A DNA stretch of 64,000 bases. Origin: Mogibacterium sp. Lineage in GTDB: Bacteria > Bacillota > Clostridia > Peptostreptococcales > Anaerovoracaceae. Positions 61,355 to 64,000 of this stretch are shown here, piece after piece. The notes under the pieces were generated by a model. That model searched no databases. It saw only the letters and a list, made by a program, of their open reading frames with translations, and was not told the origin of the DNA. How positions within the stretch are numbered: position 1 is the first letter of the stretch; every line of letters begins with the position of its first letter. The DNA is taken from positions 14,030 through 78,029 of the forward strand of contig JAFRLN010000034.1 of assembly GCA_017431175.1 (NCBI GenBank), given 5' to 3'. The position numbers and the translations under genes were made by a program.

Positions 61355-64000
61355 TTATTGTATTTCTGAATAGATCCTTGAACAGTTGCTCCTGTCGTTA
61401 TATCTGAGCCGCTCATCAGCCCTTCTACGGTATTCTTCTTTCTGTCTGCAGCCCGAACGCATATATTCTATGATCCTGCCGGCCAGGTCCTCTTCCGTAT
61501 ATTCGACTTCCCCGAATCCATCGGTCTCATAATCATACGTTCCGCATGAAACCATGTGTTTTCCGGAGAAGAATTCTTCTCTGTCAAACTGCGCGTATAT
61601 CACCGGTTTATGAAGGACCGCGAAGTCACACGCAGCGGATGAGTAGTCAGTCACGAGCAGTGCGCTCCTGCTGACGATCTCTTCATATGGCATGTCACCG
61701 CCTTTGATCTCAACAGTATCAGGAAGCCCGAAGGCTGCCGCCGCCTCTTCGCTGAAGGAAGGATGTACCCTGAACCAGATCTTATATCCAAGGCTATCCG
61801 CTTCATCGAGAAGCTGCCGGTCACCTGCCAGTTCCCTGAAGAATCCCGCGTACCTGCTTGAAGCAAAATCATCGGTCAGCTTCCATCTGCCGTTTTCCTG
61901 ATCCTGTCCTGTCACAAGGTATCTCCGCCAGGTAGGCATAATGCAGATGATCTTTTCGCTGCTGTCGCTGAGCTTGTCCCACTTCGGAAGACCGGTCAGA
62001 AGGATATCCTCCTCCGGATATCCGTAGGATTCCCCGAGCAGATCATCCCGCTCCTGCTCTGAGGAAACGATGAACGCAGAAATGTTCTGTTCGTCCTTGG
62101 ACAGCCATTTTGAGCAGTCTGAGAGCAGTACACCGCTCTGCAGGAAGACGAATTCTGTAGTGAAGATCAGACTTCTGAGAATCTCAGTCGCGCGCTCGTC
62201 CTGATACCACGGGTTCCTGAAGATCATATCTGTCTGTGACGCTATGATCTTACGCGCTTTCAGAAGAAGCATCCTGTGCCTGAATGATCCCGGCTGCACC
62301 AGCGCGAACCCTTTTCCTCTGAGCCTCTTTGCGTCGCTGCAGTTTCCGTCGATCACGAAGTAACACTTCTGTCCGGCATGCTCTTTCTGCAGATATTCAT
62401 AGAACGCTTCGCCGTTGTCTCCCGCCTCTGCAAGACGGTCTGACACGAGCCAGATCTCACGGGTCGGATCTGTCTTCCAGAACAGACTGAGCAGTCTGTA
62501 CAGAATACCCTTCAGGCGATATGGTTTCTTAGAGAAAACGATCTCTCCTATATTCCTGATCTCCAGCTTCCACCGCTTCGCGTAGGAGCAGCGGACGATC
62601 CTGAAGTGATCTTTGAATACTCTCAGCGCAAAACCTCTGCGGCAGATATAGTCGTGCCTCTGCTTTCTGTTCAGCCCGGAGAGCCTGCCGTATGTGATCT
62701 TTCTGACCGGTATCGCTCTGTCGCCTATCGTGCTGACCAGTCTGATCTTCCTGCCGGTGAGACCGTCTGTGACATCAAGAGATCCATGGAACCGGATCTC
62801 GGTATAGGCGTAGTCGCCTTCTTCCTTCATGACATCGCAGGTCTCTCTCTCAAGTTCGAATGTCCTGTTTCCTGCCTGGATACAGATGTCCGGAGTCTCG
62901 CCGTCCGGAGTCCAGTAATATCTGGCGGTCCCTTCGATGCGCAGCTTCCCGCCGGAAAGACCGATATCGCGGATCCTGCAGTAATCCTGCCCGAGCTCTC
63001 CAAGTGGGATATCCCCCCAGACTCTCGAATATGTGACGCTTCCGTTTTCGTCTGTCTCTTCCTTCACTCGGATAGCTTCCGGAGCAAGCGCTCTTGCGGC
63101 CATGACTCTTATGTCGGTCTTCACGATCTTCCGGAAAAGCTCAGGGAAAAATTCCGTCGTCTCCGCGGTCCTCCAGAAGTCAGCGCCATATGGATGTATC
63201 ATCCTGTGCCACGGTTTGCGGCTTCCTGCATAGTGTACGATGGCCACCTCGTCCGGGCTGATCATAAGGTCTTTTCTGAGATAGTCCGGAAGGTACATAT
63301 TGTCGCCGTAATCCGTGACCATGCCCCATTCAGGGCCGATATAATGAATATGTCCCGCGCACAGGATGTTGACTACGTCCTGATCGTGCTGTCTCCAGTT
63401 AGTATCTGTCGCCAGCTTAAGGATACCTTCGAGGCTGAAGAGCTTTCTGAACTGCTCGAGGTTGAACAGAATCGTCCCCGCGATGATATAGTCGTCAAGG
63501 GCTGTCAGTCCTATTGACTTTCTGTACTCGGCGAAATCGCTTCCCGGCTTGTAGACGCTGCATATACCCCAGTAGTCACGGAGCGCGGCGATGTAGCTGT
63601 CTCCGATATCCAGATAGAGCAGTTCTCCTACATCCCGTCTGACGAGCATATCCGCGTCCAGATACAGAGCGAATCTGTATTCTTTGCTCAGGACCCACGG
63701 CGCATACAGTCTGTAATAAGTTTCCTCTGTCAGGGTCTCGCGGTTGGCGGTATAGAAGTTGATCCCGGCCGTATATTCCGTCAGATCCAGAAATCTTATG
63801 GCAAGATTGTCTGTACCCTCCGCCATTTCGGTCACCATAGCCTGATGCTCTCCGGTGATATCGCGGTGCATGATCACGATATCATAGCACCTGTCTTCTG
63901 ACATATGATCGGCTATGGATTTTATCATAACAGCGAGAGGCGCGATAAAACCGTCATTGGCAGAGAACAGAATGCATCTGTCTGTCCCCGCGAACGCAGG
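61355..64000 (-). CDS. Bifunctional fusion: N-terminal GT8 glycosyltransferase + C-terminal CDP-glycerol glycerophosphotransferase (TagF family); 5' end beyond the window
   Basis: The frame stays open through 64000 (my translation: PAFAGTDRCILFSANDGFIAPLAVMIKSIADH..., a GT8-type N-terminus). GT8: LYLDADMLVRRD, ILFNLEQFRK, DQDVVNILC. TagF: IMPTWRRYLV, FRVHPSF, LLVTDYSSAACDFAVLHKPVIYAQFD. Confidence 0.8.
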   Translation of the reverse strand, partial: PAFAGTDRCILFSANDGFIAPLAVMIKSIADHMSEDRCYDIVIMHRDITGEHQAMVTEMAEGTDNLAIRFLDLTEYTAGINFYTANRETLTEETYYRLYAPWVLSKEYRFALYLDADMLVRRDVGELLYLDIGDSYIAALRDYWGICSVYKPGSDFAEYRKSIGLTALDDYIIAGTILFNLEQFRKLFSLEGILKLATDTNWRQHDQDVVNILCAGHIHYIGPEWGMVTDYGDNMYLPDYLRKDLMISPDEVAIVHYAGSRKPWHRMIHPYGADFWRTAETTEFFPELFRKIVKTDIRVMAARALAPEAIRVKEETDENGSVTYSRVWGDIPLGELGQDYCRIRDIGLSGGKLRIEGTARYYWTPDGETPDICIQAGNRTFELERETCDVMKEEGDYAYTEIRFHGSLDVTDGLTGRKIRLVSTIGDRAIPVRKITYGRLSGLNRKQRHDYICRRGFALRVFKDHFRIVRCSYAKRWKLEIRNIGEIVFSKKPYRLKGILYRLLSLFWKTDPTREIWLVSDRLAEAGDNGEAFYEYLQKEHAGQKCYFVIDGNCSDAKRLRGKGFALVQPGSFRHRMLLLKARKIIASQTDMIFRNPWYQDERATEILRSLIFTTEFVFLQSGVLLSDCSKWLSKDEQNISAFIVSSEQERDDLLGESYGYPEEDILLTGLPKWDKLSDSSEKIICIMPTWRRYLVTGQDQENGRWKLTDDFASSRYAGFFRELAGDRQLLDEADSLGYKIWFRVHPSFSEEAAAAFGLPDTVEIKGGDMPYEEIVSRSALLVTDYSSAACDFAVLHKPVIYAQFDREEFFSGKHMVSCGTYDYETDGFGEVEYTEEDLAGRIIEYMRSGCRQKEEYRRRADERLRYNDRSNCSRIYSEIQ

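Noticed and set aside
1-64000. CRISPR arrays, tRNA/rRNA genes, restriction-modification or other known defence systems
   Set aside because: I scanned intergenic regions, all shorter than about 230 bp, and repeats. I found no spaced direct-repeat array, no cloverleaf-like or rRNA-like conserved stretch, and no methyltransferase, nuclease or helicase motifs in any ORF. GGATCC palindromes at several sites are isolated and not linked to any R-M gene.

Overview
This 64-kb window is almost entirely a Gram-positive (Firmicutes/Clostridia-like, inferred from gene content) cell-envelope glycopolymer locus. About 90% of the coding sequence is on the minus strand, in long operons with tiny or overlapping gene junctions. 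All family calls come from motifs I recognised in the translations; no database search was run.

Recognisable core:
- LCP ligase (partial, at the window start) and a WecA/TagO-type initiating transferase.
- Four TagB/TagF-family CDP-glycerol glycerophosphotransferase domains, one of them fused to a GT8.
- TagG/TagH-type ABC exporter.
- rfbB plus wecE, a dTDP-4-amino-4,6-dideoxyhexose branch.
- A Wzx-like flippase and a MATE-type MOP protein.

Features I consider unusual:
- Two paralogous cassettes, each with a GtrB/ArnC-like polyprenyl-phosphate GT2, a pair of small ArnE/ArnF-like 4-TM proteins and an ATP-grasp ligase. A third, solitary GtrB-like GT2 is also present, and three large polytopic membrane proteins could be the matching GT-C transferases.
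- Two MBOAT + DHHW/DltD-like O-acylation pairs. One sits in a 10-gene operon with a third ATP-grasp and a PaaK/CapK-type adenylating enzyme, with no carrier protein.
- A MoxR-DUF58-membrane triad placed directly after tagH.
- A 1.3-kb AT-rich island with a divergent Cro/CI(S24)-like pair and three TTGA-N7-TCAA operator-like sites.
- A 2285-aa surface protein whose N-terminal CHAP module differs in composition from the rest of the gene.
- Two paralogous Cys-rich NlpC/P60-like secreted proteins.

I found no rRNA, tRNA, CRISPR array, transposase or integrase. Promoter and terminator calls are from visual inspection only.
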